From positions 80,297-144,296 of the forward strand of contig JAKAQO010000001.1 of assembly GCA_021822495.1 (NCBI GenBank): 64,000 nt of DNA, in the 5' to 3' direction. Below the pieces are notes generated by a model. That model saw only the letters and a program-made list of their open reading frames with translations. It was not told the origin of the DNA and made no database searches. This DNA comes from a bacterium. Lineage in GTDB: Bacteria > Elusimicrobiota > Elusimicrobia > UBA1565 > UBA9628. Positions within the stretch are counted from its first letter, which is position 1, and each line of letters starts with the position of its first letter. The position numbers and the translations under genes are program-made. This document shows positions 21,145-30,891 of the stretch, in pieces.

Positions 21145-22290
21145 TTAGGGCTTGGAAAGAAATAAGGTTGATTTTTTGGGGGTGAAAAATCCAATTTCAT
21201 GCCGCACGGCGTTGACGGTTCGCCGGGAAACGGAAATCCCGCGCTCCGCTTTCAACTTCGCCGTCAATTCCGCGTCCGTCATAACCGGAGAATTTTTAAG
21301 CCAAGTCTCCACAATCTCCCGCAGAACGCGGCGCCTCCCCGGAAGAAGAAAAATGACGGGAACTTCCTCCTCCCAAGGGAGCCTGACCGAACGGCGAGAA
21401 AGAGCGCGGCTAACTGTTGAAGGAGACAAATCCAAACGCCGGGCAAGCCCTCTAAGACTGATGGGACGCAAGTTTTCAATGATCCGGCTGGATAAATAGT
21501 CCATTTGAATTTTAGACAGCGATTCAAACACACGGTAAAGAGCGCTTTGCCTTAAATTGAGGCTCTCCATGCGCTTAATCAAAAACGGCAATCGTTTTCT
21601 CTCATCGAGAGATAGAGCCTCCGTTTTCCAGCCATCAATGAGATCATAGCGGATATGATAAAGGCCCCTGGCCCAATAAGGAGCGTAGAACTCAAAACGA
21701 ACTTCTCCATCTAAAACTTTTAAATGGGCAATACAGGCCGCCCCGCGCTGAGGAGTCTTGGCTGGCAAAGAAGAGGGAACTTCAAACTCAGAGCGAATTT
21801 CAACGTCCAGCAAAAAATCATGAATCGAGAGAATTTCTTCTTTTGAAAAGCCGAGCCGTTTTGATATTTCTCCGAGAGAAAGACCCTGCCCCCTCAAAAA
21901 ATACTTCTCGAAATTCTCGCGGCCCATTTTTTTGATCGCCGAAACGGCCAAGCCCTGCTCCTCGGCTAATTTCTCGACAGGAACCCTTTCCCCGCTTCCC
22001 GCCACCCGTCTCTCGTCGATTTCATAAAAAGAAGAATGGAGTTCGCCGGACGGCCACTTTTGCCTTTGAAACGCGGGAGGCATTTTCCCGTCGCCGAAAT
22101 AGAGTTTGCGAAACAACTCGTCTTTCTCTATTTTCGCAACTTCAGCCGCGAAATCAGCTTCCGGCTTCTCAATGAGTTCCGCAATTTGCATGCGCCCCAG
22201 GATGGAAAGGCGTTGTTGGGTTTTTAAGGCCAGCGTCTGATCCATCTTCGCCATCATTACGAGTGTAGCAGATGTTCCCGGCGTTTTCAT
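21145..22290 (-). CDS. Atypical, compact sigma-54 (RpoN)-like factor
   Basis: Region-I-like Q/L N-terminus, LRPISLRGLA...STVSRA HTH, and a variant RpoN box SRRTVNAVR. The start is uncertain. Confidence 0.72.
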   Translation of the reverse strand: MKTPGTSATLVMMAKMDQTLALKTQQRLSILGRMQIAELIEKPEADFAAEVAKIEKDELFRKLYFGDGKMPPAFQRQKWPSGELHSSFYEIDERRVAGSGERVPVEKLAEEQGLAVSAIKKMGRENFEKYFLRGQGLSLGEISKRLGFSKEEILSIHDFLLDVEIRSEFEVPSSLPAKTPQRGAACIAHLKVLDGEVRFEFYAPYWARGLYHIRYDLIDGWKTEALSLDERKRLPFLIKRMESLNLRQSALYRVFESLSKIQMDYLSSRIIENLRPISLRGLARRLDLSPSTVSRALSRRSVRLPWEEEVPVIFLLPGRRRVLREIVETWLKNSPVMTDAELTAKLKAERGISVSRRTVNAVRHEIGFFTPKKSTLFLSKP

Positions 22291-22330
22291 AGCGACGATA
22301 ATTTGCTAAAAATGAGGAAGAGACAACCCC

Positions 22331-23770
22331 ATGAAGGCCCCCTCCTTATTTAAAGATTGCGCGGATGAACTGATTGAATTTCTCGACCACGCTCCCGATT
22401 TTGTCATGCTGAGAAACCCGGACGGGACGATTCTCATGGCCAATGAAACCCTCTGCCAAAGGCTGGGGGTTCCGCGAGAAAAGCTCATTGGACAATCTAT
22501 CTACGATTTCTACATTGACCCCGAGCAGCGTCCCATCAGCCATAAATATACGGATACTCTTCTCCGCCAAGGGAGCAACCGGATTACCTTGCTCATGAGA
22601 GACAAAAACGGCTCCCCCGTTCAAGTCGAAGTGCGCGGTTGCCTGGTCTCTCATAAAGGAAAAAATATCATCTTTGGAATTGGAAGGGAGATCGGCCATT
22701 CGGAAAGAGACGAACGCCTCTCCGCCATCTTAAGAATGGGATTTCAAACCTCAAACGATATTATGTTTTACACCGGTCCCAACGGCATGATTTTAGACGT
22801 CAACAACGCCTTTGTCGAGCATTACGGTTATTCAAGAGAAGAGGCCATTGGAAAAACTCCTGGAATTCTGAGATCCCGCCATTCAACAGATGAGTTCTAC
22901 CAACGAATATGGAAAGACATTCTCAATCCCAAAAAAGGATTTTGGAAGGGGGAAATCATCAACCGCTCCAAAGACGGACGGGAAATTCCCATTATCTTGA
23001 CCATTTCCGCGGCCCGCAACGCCGTAGGAGAACTGATCGGTTTTATTTCGAGCGCGACTGATATCCATAAACATAAAGAACTGGAAGAAAAAATCGCCCA
23101 AACCCAGGCCTTGGCCGATATTGGAGAGATGGCGGCCTCCATCGCGCATGAAATTAGAAATCCCCTGGGTTCAATTTCAATGTCGGCAAAGCGCCTGACT
23201 TTGAAGGATTTGACCTGGGAGGAGCGAGAATCTACGACGAAAACTATCGAACGGGAAAGCGCTCGGCTAAACCAAATTCTCAGCAATCTTCTTTCTTTTG
23301 CTCGACCGCGCGCGCTTAAGCGAAAATTATCCAATCTCAACACTCTCATCAAGGAAACCACGCAACTCATCCAAGCTAATCGAGATATTGCGCCCCACAT
23401 CGAACTCACGCTATCTTTAGATGAAGAGCTCTCTCCCTTTTTGTTCGATTCCGATCAAATTCTGCAGGTGATATGGAATATGCTCCTCAACGCCATTCAA
23501 GCGATGGAAGGGAAAGGCTCTCTCACCGTGCGCTCCGGGCGTTCGGGCGATTTCGCCTATTTTGCTGTTGCCGATACCGGCGGCGGCATGACGGAAGAAG
23601 AACAACGCGAAATTTTCAAGCCTTTTCACACAACCAAAAGCCAAGGCGTGGGTTTAGGACTTCCCACCGCGAAAAGAATTGTTCTGGCGCATGGCGGACG
23701 AATCGAGGTTGACACCAGACCAAGACAAGGAACCATTTTCACGGTTTGGCTGCCTTATTTGGAGCGCTAA
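22331..23770 (+). CDS. PAS-PAS sensor histidine kinase (NtrB/AtoS-like)
   Basis: Two PAS domains, AHEIRNPL, NAIQA, DTGGG and GVGLGL motifs. Confidence 0.93.
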   Translation: MKAPSLFKDCADELIEFLDHAPDFVMLRNPDGTILMANETLCQRLGVPREKLIGQSIYDFYIDPEQRPISHKYTDTLLRQGSNRITLLMRDKNGSPVQVEVRGCLVSHKGKNIIFGIGREIGHSERDERLSAILRMGFQTSNDIMFYTGPNGMILDVNNAFVEHYGYSREEAIGKTPGILRSRHSTDEFYQRIWKDILNPKKGFWKGEIINRSKDGREIPIILTISAARNAVGELIGFISSATDIHKHKELEEKIAQTQALADIGEMAASIAHEIRNPLGSISMSAKRLTLKDLTWEERESTTKTIERESARLNQILSNLLSFARPRALKRKLSNLNTLIKETTQLIQANRDIAPHIELTLSLDEELSPFLFDSDQILQVIWNMLLNAIQAMEGKGSLTVRSGRSGDFAYFAVADTGGGMTEEEQREIFKPFHTTKSQGVGLGLPTAKRIVLAHGGRIEVDTRPRQGTIFTVWLPYLER

Positions 23771-23771
23771 A

Positions 23772-24998
23772 TTGAAAAAAATATCCATTCTCCTAATTGA
23801 AGATGACCCGTCTTTAAACGCCTTGACCACTCTGGAACTCAAACGGCGGGGCTATGAAGTTGACTCAGCCAAATCCGGAGAGGAAGGATGCCGTAAATTT
23901 GAAAATAACCCCGACATTGTCATCACCGATTTAAAACTCGGCGATATGGACGGCCTTGAAGTTCTTAAACGCGTAAAAAAATATGACCCCAAAATCGAAG
24001 TCATCGTCGTCACCGGACACGGTTCCATCGACAACGCGGTAGACGCCATCAAAGCCGGAGCGTTTGATTATCTCACCAAGCCCGTGGACCCCGAAGAATT
24101 GGCTCTGACGCTGGAAAAAGCCGTCGAACACCGAAATTTAATCGCCGAAGTTGAAACTTTGAAAGCGAATGTTCGCGACAAATACAGCCTCCACGGCATC
24201 GTTTACGCCAGTTCCAAGATTCATAAAGTTCTCGATCTAGTCAACAAAGTCGCTAAAACAGAATCCACGGTTCTCATCCTGGGAGAATCGGGAACAGGCA
24301 AGGAACTTATCGCCCGAGCGATTCATGAACAAAGTTCCCGCCGCCACGGCTCTTTCGTGGCTATTAACTGCGGGGCCCTTCCCGAAGGACTTTTGGAAAG
24401 CGAACTTTTTGGCCACGTCAAGGGTTCTTTTACCGGAGCCGACCGAAATAAAAGAGGTCTTTTTGAGGAAGCCTCGGAGGGCACTCTCTTTTTAGATGAA
24501 ATCAGCGAGACAACGCCCGCCCTTCAAGTCAAACTCTTGCGCGCCTTGCAAGAAGGAGAAATCCGCCGCGTCGGGGATAATCACCCTATTAAAGTTTCGG
24601 GGCGATTGCTCGCGGCCTCAAACAAGAATTTAGAAAAATTAGTGGCAACGGAAAAATTTAGAGATGATCTCTATTACCGCCTCAAGGTTTTTCCGATTGA
24701 AATTCCGCCTCTGAGAGAACGGGCCGAAGACATTCTCCCACTAGCTGAATATTTCTTAAGAAAAGCGCAAAAGAAAATATCCGGTTCGGCCCAACGCTTT
24801 TCGCCGGAAGCGGCCAAAGCCCTCAAAGATTATTCCTGGCCCGGCAACGTGAGAGAATTGGAACATACGGTTGAGCGTATGCTGATTCTCGCTTCTCAAG
24901 CCGAAATCGGACTTGAGGACGTCCCCGCTGAAATTCGCATGGTCCGCAAAAAAATTTCGCGAAAAGCGCCAGAGAAAGCTCCCCTAAAAGGCGTCTAA
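23772..24998 (+). CDS. Sigma-54-dependent response regulator (NtrC/AtoC-like) without C-terminal HTH
   Basis: REC plus AAA+ domain (GESGTGKE, ELFGHVKGSFTGA, FLDEI, WPGNVREL). Probable TTG start at 23772. Confidence 0.92.
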   Translation: MKKISILLIEDDPSLNALTTLELKRRGYEVDSAKSGEEGCRKFENNPDIVITDLKLGDMDGLEVLKRVKKYDPKIEVIVVTGHGSIDNAVDAIKAGAFDYLTKPVDPEELALTLEKAVEHRNLIAEVETLKANVRDKYSLHGIVYASSKIHKVLDLVNKVAKTESTVLILGESGTGKELIARAIHEQSSRRHGSFVAINCGALPEGLLESELFGHVKGSFTGADRNKRGLFEEASEGTLFLDEISETTPALQVKLLRALQEGEIRRVGDNHPIKVSGRLLAASNKNLEKLVATEKFRDDLYYRLKVFPIEIPPLRERAEDILPLAEYFLRKAQKKISGSAQRFSPEAAKALKDYSWPGNVRELEHTVERMLILASQAEIGLEDVPAEIRMVRKKISRKAPEKAPLKGV

Positions 24999-25711
24999 AC
25001 CTCGCGCGCGAAAGCGTAAGCGCAAACATCCACCGCGCCGGAACGCTTAAGCTCAAGAGCGCAAGCCTCAAGAGAAAAGCCGGTCGTACAGACATCGTCA
25101 ATCAAGACTAACTTCCGCCCCAAGATATCCCCCGGACGCGCAACCTTAAAGGCCCCGGCAATATTTTGTTTGCGATCTTTTTTGTCCAGTTCCCACTGAG
25201 GTTTCGTTTTGCGAACGCGGATGAGGGGATTTAAGACGGGGATGCCGGTTTCTTTTGAGATAGCCCCCGCCAAAATTTCCGCCTGATTATACCCCCGTTC
25301 ATTTTCCCGCCGAAAGTGAAGAGGCACTGGAACAAGGATTTCCGGCGCCGGAAGTTCCCGAAAACGCGCCCAATGCCGCGCCATAAGCCGCCCCGCTTCC
25401 TGGGCGGCGGGAAACCGCCCCCGATATTTAAAAGAATAAACCCAGGAATGAATCGGCCCCCGGTACAAAAAGGCCGCGCGAATTAATCGGCAGGCAAATT
25501 TTTCACCTTGACAAGAGGCGCAAACGCCATGCCTCAGAGGGGAAATGTCCGCGCACCTTAAGCAAAAGGGCGCCTCTAACGGAACTAATTGCGTGCGGCA
25601 GGCAAGGCAAAGAGTTCCGCTATAGCTTCCGGGCAAATCCTTTCGGCAATGCGCGCACACTGGCGGCCAAAGAAAATCAAGACATTTCTGTTTCCAAATC
25701 CGAAGCTCCAC
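24995..25711 (-). CDS. comF: ComF-family phosphoribosyltransferase-like protein with double zinc ribbon
   Basis: CxxC pairs, VPVPLH, RGYNQA and LIDDVCTTG motifs. Confidence 0.9.
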   Translation of the reverse strand: MELRIWKQKCLDFLWPPVCAHCRKDLPGSYSGTLCLACRTQLVPLEAPFCLRCADISPLRHGVCASCQGEKFACRLIRAAFLYRGPIHSWVYSFKYRGRFPAAQEAGRLMARHWARFRELPAPEILVPVPLHFRRENERGYNQAEILAGAISKETGIPVLNPLIRVRKTKPQWELDKKDRKQNIAGAFKVARPGDILGRKLVLIDDVCTTGFSLEACALELKRSGAVDVCAYAFAREV

Positions 25712-25750
25712 CCCTTTCTTACGGAAAAAGAATCAAAAAAGTTCCCTCAA

Positions 25751-25773
25751 TAAAAAAGGACAGTCCTTTTTTA
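25751..25773. repeat. GGAC-W-GTCC palindrome, copy 1
   Basis: TAAAAAAGGAC-A-GTCCTTTTTTA, a perfect palindrome overlapping a stop codon. Confidence 0.7.
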
Positions 25774-26205
25774 CAAGTAGCGGTTGATGACGATTCCCAC
25801 CCGGCTTTGGCGTGGGCTGACGGAATTGGGATAGACGCCGACGAAATCTCCGGGAACGGGCGGCCCGATTTTGCCTTTTGAACTGAGCTGGGCCTCCACG
25901 GTCAGCGGATATTTCAAATGAGCATCCGGAAGCAAAAGATCAGCGGAACCAACCTTATAAAAAACGGGAAAACGCGGGTTGACGATGCGCTTGACTGCAA
26001 TCGGAGTTCCGCCGGCGTCTTTAACGATAATGAATAAGGACTCTTCCCGATGCTCCACCTCATTCATCAGATTTCCTGAAATGGTAATGGAACCCGAGAT
26101 GGCGAGATTTCCGCGAAATTTTTGACAAGAGGAAAGGCCCAGGGCCAAAAGCCCTATTAAGCCCGCCGTTTTAATTTTTGAGATTTTAACGCCGGCTTCT
26201 TCCAT
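25771..26205 (-). CDS. Lipoprotein resembling the CcmI/CycH C-terminal domain
   Basis: Lipobox LSSC and the pattern LFIIVK..PIAVKR..FP..VEAQLS.KG..PGD. Start moved to 26205. Confidence 0.65.
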   Translation of the reverse strand: MEEAGVKISKIKTAGLIGLLALGLSSCQKFRGNLAISGSITISGNLMNEVEHREESLFIIVKDAGGTPIAVKRIVNPRFPVFYKVGSADLLLPDAHLKYPLTVEAQLSSKGKIGPPVPGDFVGVYPNSVSPRQSRVGIVINRYL

Positions 26206-26273
26206 AATTGAATTATAACACTCCCTCCGCGAAAATTTGACAGAGGCAAAGCCCCTTTGATATCTTCGTCTAA

Positions 26274-26657
26274 GTGGCCCGTCAAGATTACTGCGCCTTT
26301 TTAGGACGCCAACTCCTGGCATTAACCTTCATCGCCGCCGCATTTGGGAAGATGATCCATTTCGATGCAACGACTAATATGATGAGCGTTTACGGAATTC
26401 CCATCCCCTCTTTTCTGTGCGCCTTGGCCATTCTCATCGAAGCGGCCGGAGGCCTTTCCCTGGCTCTCGGCTTTTACAGCCGCTGGGGCGCGGCCGTACT
26501 TGCCGCCTTCTTAATTCCGGTCACATTGATTTTTCATTTAACCCCCGATCAGCGAACCACTTTCATTGCCAACATCGCCATCATGGGAGGACTCCTCATG
26601 GTTTTGGCCTTCGGCCCCGGCGCGATCAGTTTTGACGGGGAGACCGCTTTAAGATGA
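26274..26657 (+). CDS. DoxX-family membrane protein
   Basis: GRQLLA..F, E-AAGGL, IFH, NIAIMGGLL and GPGAISFD motifs. Confidence 0.9.
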   Translation: MARQDYCAFLGRQLLALTFIAAAFGKMIHFDATTNMMSVYGIPIPSFLCALAILIEAAGGLSLALGFYSRWGAAVLAAFLIPVTLIFHLTPDQRTTFIANIAIMGGLLMVLAFGPGAISFDGETALR

Positions 26658-28222
26658 GCGATTATCTTCCGCTGGCAAGAAAGTTCAGGCCCCGCAACTT
26701 CGATGAGGTCATCGGCCAGGAAACGATCTCAAGAACCCTTAAAAACGCCCTCAAAGCCGGAAAAATTTATCCCGCTTATCTTTTCACCGGCCCCCGCGGA
26801 ATTGGGAAAACCACGACGGCAAGAATTCTCGCAAAATCCCTGAACTGTTCAACGGGCCTTTCTCCCGAGCCCTGCCTTAAATGCGACTCCTGCGTTGAAA
26901 TCGCGCGCTCGGGCTCCTTGGATGTTCTTGAAATGGACGCCGCCTCCAACACCGGGGTTGATAACGTTCGGGAAGCGATTATCGAAACCATCAGTCTCGT
27001 CCCCCATCGGGACCGCTATAAAGTTTTCATTATTGACGAAGCCCACATGCTTTCAACCGCCGCGTTCAACGCGCTTCTTAAGACGCTTGAAGAACCGCCG
27101 CCCAGAGTGGTTTTTATCTTGGCGACGACCGAGGTCTCCAAAATTCCGCCGACGATTGTCTCTCGATGTCAGCGTTTCCGCTTTCGCCCTTTATCCATTG
27201 AAATCTTGACTCAACATTTGGCTTCAATCGCTGAGCAGGAAAAAATCGAAGCGGACCAACAAGCCCTTTTTCTTTTAGCCCAGGCTTCCGAAGGCGCGGC
27301 CAGAGACGCCATCAGCCTTCTTGATCAATGTCGTTCCGCAAACGCCGGGCCTCTCACCGAGACCTCCGTCAGAAATTTACTCGGATTTTCGCCGAAAGAA
27401 ACAATTGAAAATTTCGCCCAAGCCCTCATTGAAAAAAATAAAGAGAATTTAGCGCATCTCATCTTTCAAGCGGAAGAAGAAGGGCTTGACCCCGCTCAGA
27501 TCGTCAAAGACCTCCGCGCTTTTTTTCACGAAATTTATCGGAGTTTCTATCAACCTAAAATCACTCTTAAAGACCCGGTGGAAAACCTTAAGAAAAAAAT
27601 AAGCCAAGCAGCCTTAACCTTTATTCTCAAACGCCTTAACGCCGTGATGGAAGACTTGCGCTTCAGCGATTCCCCTTTTCTGAGTCTTGAGCTGGGACTT
27701 GTGGGAACCTTGGAAGCGGCTACGGATTTATCAGAATGGGTCAAACGCCTGGAAGCCTTGGAGTCGAGAATCTCCCAAGGAAAAACTTCCCCGCCAAGCT
27801 CGTCAGCGCCCGCAAAAATATTGGAAGAGTCGGACTCCTTGGAACCTTTAGACGAAGCTCCGCTTGAAGAATCCTCTCTTTCGAAACCCGCCGGCAAAAC
27901 CGCCCATCCCGAGCTTTGGACTCAATTTCTCGCTTCTCTTGAATCCGACAAACCAGCTCTCTCAGCCGCTTTGGCCAAGGCTGAAGTATCCAAAGACTCT
28001 CCCAAAAGTTGGCGTCTTATCTTCGCTCAATCTTTTGACGCTTCACAAGCGAAGAAGAATCTAGCTTTTATTCAGGAAACCCTGGGCAAAATGACGGGAA
28101 ACCCCGTTTCCATTGAAATCGTGGAAAAAGTCCCCGCGCGCCCGTCTCCCGATCAGGATGCTGCCGCTGAATCTTTGACGAAAGCTCAACAAATTTTCGG
28201 CGGACGAGTGCTCAAGAAATGA
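26654..28222 (+). CDS. dnaX: DNA polymerase III subunit gamma/tau
   Basis: LARKFRP, GPRGIGKTT, DEAHMLS and NALLKTLEEPP motifs. Confidence 0.96.
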   Translation: MSDYLPLARKFRPRNFDEVIGQETISRTLKNALKAGKIYPAYLFTGPRGIGKTTTARILAKSLNCSTGLSPEPCLKCDSCVEIARSGSLDVLEMDAASNTGVDNVREAIIETISLVPHRDRYKVFIIDEAHMLSTAAFNALLKTLEEPPPRVVFILATTEVSKIPPTIVSRCQRFRFRPLSIEILTQHLASIAEQEKIEADQQALFLLAQASEGAARDAISLLDQCRSANAGPLTETSVRNLLGFSPKETIENFAQALIEKNKENLAHLIFQAEEEGLDPAQIVKDLRAFFHEIYRSFYQPKITLKDPVENLKKKISQAALTFILKRLNAVMEDLRFSDSPFLSLELGLVGTLEAATDLSEWVKRLEALESRISQGKTSPPSSSAPAKILEESDSLEPLDEAPLEESSLSKPAGKTAHPELWTQFLASLESDKPALSAALAKAEVSKDSPKSWRLIFAQSFDASQAKKNLAFIQETLGKMTGNPVSIEIVEKVPARPSPDQDAAAESLTKAQQIFGGRVLKK

Positions 28223-28821
28223 AATCTTTCCAAAAGCTTATCTCTTCCTTAAAACGCCTGCCGGGCATCGGCCCCAAGCAGGCGGAACGCATGGCTCTTT
28301 TTCTTTTGCGCTCGCCTCAAAATGAAGCCGAGGGTTTAATTTCCGCCATTCGAGAAGCGAAAAGCGCGATGCGCCTTTGCCGAAAATGCCTGGATTTTAC
28401 GGAAGAAGAGCTTTGCCGCATTTGCGCGGATAAGGACCGGGATTCCGCGATTGTCTGCGTGGTCGAGGAGCCCCAGGACGTGGTCGCCTTTGAACGCGCC
28501 CGGAGTTACCGCGGACTTTATCATGTCCTTCACGGAGCGTTGTCCCCTTTGGACGGAAAATTTCCCCAGCATTTAAAAATAGAAGAGCTTCTTTCCCGAG
28601 CCAAGGCTTTTTCTCCGGGAAGCGGAGAAATTATTTTGGCCACCGATCCGGACACCGAGGGAGAAGCGACCGCCCTTTATCTGACCCGGCTTTTAAAAGA
28701 CTTTCCCGTCAGAATCACCCGCATCGCCCACGGCGTTCCTTTAGGGGGAGATCTGGACTATTTAGATGAAAGAACGCTTTCAGAAGCGCTCACTCGAAGA
28801 CAAGAAGTCTCACAAGGATAA
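28219..28821 (+). CDS. recR: Recombination mediator RecR
   Basis: LPGIGPK, C4 zinc finger and the TOPRIM motif EGEATALY. Confidence 0.96.
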   Translation: MKSFQKLISSLKRLPGIGPKQAERMALFLLRSPQNEAEGLISAIREAKSAMRLCRKCLDFTEEELCRICADKDRDSAIVCVVEEPQDVVAFERARSYRGLYHVLHGALSPLDGKFPQHLKIEELLSRAKAFSPGSGEIILATDPDTEGEATALYLTRLLKDFPVRITRIAHGVPLGGDLDYLDERTLSEALTRRQEVSQG

Positions 28822-28824
28822 AAC

Positions 28825-29847
28825 ATGAAATACGAAAATATACTTCAAACCGTCGGGAACACGCCCTTGGTTCGCCTCAACCGGATGACCAAAGACCTCA
28901 AGGCCGCCGTTTACGCCAAATGCGAATTTTTTAACCCGGGAGGATCGGTCAAAGACCGCATCGGAATCTCGATGATTGAAGACGCCGAAAGACGCGGCGT
29001 TTTAAAGCCCGGCGGCACCATTATTGAGGGAACCTCCGGAAATACCGGAATTGGGCTAGCACTGGCCGCCTCGATTAAAGGATACAAGCTCATTTTTACC
29101 ATTACCGACAAACAGTCCAAGGAAAAAATTAATCTTCTCAAAGCTCTTGGCGCGGAAGTCATCGTCTGCCCAACTGCGGTTGAACCTGACGATCCTCAAA
29201 GTTTTTATTCCGTCGCGGAAAGACTTTCCAAGGAAATCCCCAATTCCTTTTATCCAAACCAATACTTCAACCCCGAGAACCCAAAAACTCACTACCGCAC
29301 CACGGGCCCGGAAATCTGGAAAGACACGGAAGGGAAAGTGACCCATTTCGTCGCCGGAATGGGAACCGGAGGCACCATTAGCGGAACTGGGCGCTATTTA
29401 AAGGACCAAAACCCCAAAGTCAAAGTCGTCGGCGCGGACCCCATCGGCTCCATTTACTACGAAAAAATTAAATTCGACCGGAAGGGCGAAGCCAAACCCT
29501 ACGTCATTGAAGGAATCGGGGAAGACATGTTTCCCGCGACGATGGATTTAAAACTCCCCGATGACGTGATCCAGGTCACTGACAAAGACGCTTTCCTGGC
29601 GACCCGAAGGCTTGCCGCCGAAGAAGGAATTTTCGCGGGAGGTTCTTCCGGAGCCGCGGTCTGGGCCGCCTTGGAGTTGGCCAAAAAACTCACCGAAAAA
29701 GACCTCGTCGTGGTTTTGCTGCCGGACACCGGTATGAGATACCTCTCCAAAATTTATAACGACGACTGGATGGAGGAAAAAGAATATATGGGGCGCGAGC
29801 CAAAAACAAAAAAATCCGCTCCCAAAAAAGCGCCCGTCGCGCGTTAG
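28825..29847 (+). CDS. PLP-dependent cysteine synthase / cystathionine beta-synthase (catalytic domain only)
   Basis: NPGGSVKDR, TSGNTG and GMGTGGT motifs; no CBS regulatory domains. Confidence 0.9.
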   Translation: MKYENILQTVGNTPLVRLNRMTKDLKAAVYAKCEFFNPGGSVKDRIGISMIEDAERRGVLKPGGTIIEGTSGNTGIGLALAASIKGYKLIFTITDKQSKEKINLLKALGAEVIVCPTAVEPDDPQSFYSVAERLSKEIPNSFYPNQYFNPENPKTHYRTTGPEIWKDTEGKVTHFVAGMGTGGTISGTGRYLKDQNPKVKVVGADPIGSIYYEKIKFDRKGEAKPYVIEGIGEDMFPATMDLKLPDDVIQVTDKDAFLATRRLAAEEGIFAGGSSGAAVWAALELAKKLTEKDLVVVLLPDTGMRYLSKIYNDDWMEEKEYMGREPKTKKSAPKKAPVAR

Positions 29848-29856
29848 GAGTTTTTA

Positions 29857-30891
29857 ATGAAGGCCGTCGTTCTCGAAAACTTCGGAGGTCCCGAAAACCT
29901 TAAATGGACGGAACTTCCCAAGCCCGCGCCCAAGGAAGGCGAGGTCTTGGTGCGCGTGCGCTTTTGCGCCCTCAATCATCTCGATCTCTGGATTCGGGAA
30001 GGAATTCCTTCCTACAAAATCAAATTGCCGCATATCCCAGGCTCCGATGTTTCCGGGGAAATCGCCGAACTGGGGCCAGGGGTTTCCTCGCTGAATGTGG
30101 GAGACCGCGTCGCCGTCTCTCCCGGACGTTCCTGCGGCGCTTGCGATTTTTGCGTCGCCGGTCAAGACAGTTATTGCCCAGATTACGGCATCATCGGAGC
30201 CCAAGGCGGGCCGGGCGGATACGCGGAATATCTTTGCGTTCCCGAAAGATACGTCTTGCCGCTTTCAAACTCCGTCAGTTTTGAAGAAGGCGCGGCCTAC
30301 CCGCTGACTTTCTTGACCGCCTGGCATATGTTGATGGGTCTGGGACATCTGCGTCCCCATCAAACCGTTCTTGTCATGGGCGCGGGAAGCGGAGTAGCCA
30401 CCGCCGCCATTCAAATCGCAAAACTCCACCAGGCCTTTGTCATCGCCGTCTCCCGCTCCGAGGAAAAACTAGAAAAAGCAAAAGCCCTTAAGGCCGATGC
30501 CGTCATTCACTCTCCCCCGCAAGACATTGCCCGGCAGGTCATTAAAATCACGGGCGGGAAAATGGTCGATCTAGTCTTTGAACACATTGGCCCGGCTGTT
30601 TTTGAAGCCGCGATTAAAAGCCTCTCTTTTGGCGGGAAACTCATCACCTGCGGCTCCACTAGCGGCCCGAATGTTCAACTCGATATGCGCTACCTCTTTA
30701 GCCGTCAACTTCAAATTCTAGGAGCGAAGATGGGAAATCTCTCCGAGATGCGCGAAGTGACAAAGCTCATTAACCTGGGTCAATTACGACCGATTATAGA
30801 CAAGACTTTCCCGCTCAAAGACGCGGCCAAAGCCCACCAGTATCTGGCGGAACAAAATCAATTTGGGAAGGTGCTTCTTGAAGTGGCTTGA
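29857..30891 (+). CDS. Zinc-binding alcohol dehydrogenase/quinone oxidoreductase family
   Basis: LNHLD, PGSDVSG, structural zinc motif CGACDFC..C and GAGSGVA. Confidence 0.9.
   Translation: MKAVVLENFGGPENLKWTELPKPAPKEGEVLVRVRFCALNHLDLWIREGIPSYKIKLPHIPGSDVSGEIAELGPGVSSLNVGDRVAVSPGRSCGACDFCVAGQDSYCPDYGIIGAQGGPGGYAEYLCVPERYVLPLSNSVSFEEGAAYPLTFLTAWHMLMGLGHLRPHQTVLVMGAGSGVATAAIQIAKLHQAFVIAVSRSEEKLEKAKALKADAVIHSPPQDIARQVIKITGGKMVDLVFEHIGPAVFEAAIKSLSFGGKLITCGSTSGPNVQLDMRYLFSRQLQILGAKMGNLSEMREVTKLINLGQLRPIIDKTFPLKDAAKAHQYLAEQNQFGKVLLEVA

Noticed and set aside
22285-22325. Sigma-54 -24/-12 promoter between rpoN-like gene and kinase
   Set aside because: TTGC is present, but the -24 position reads CG rather than GG. 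TGcTAAAAA is equally explained as an extended -10.
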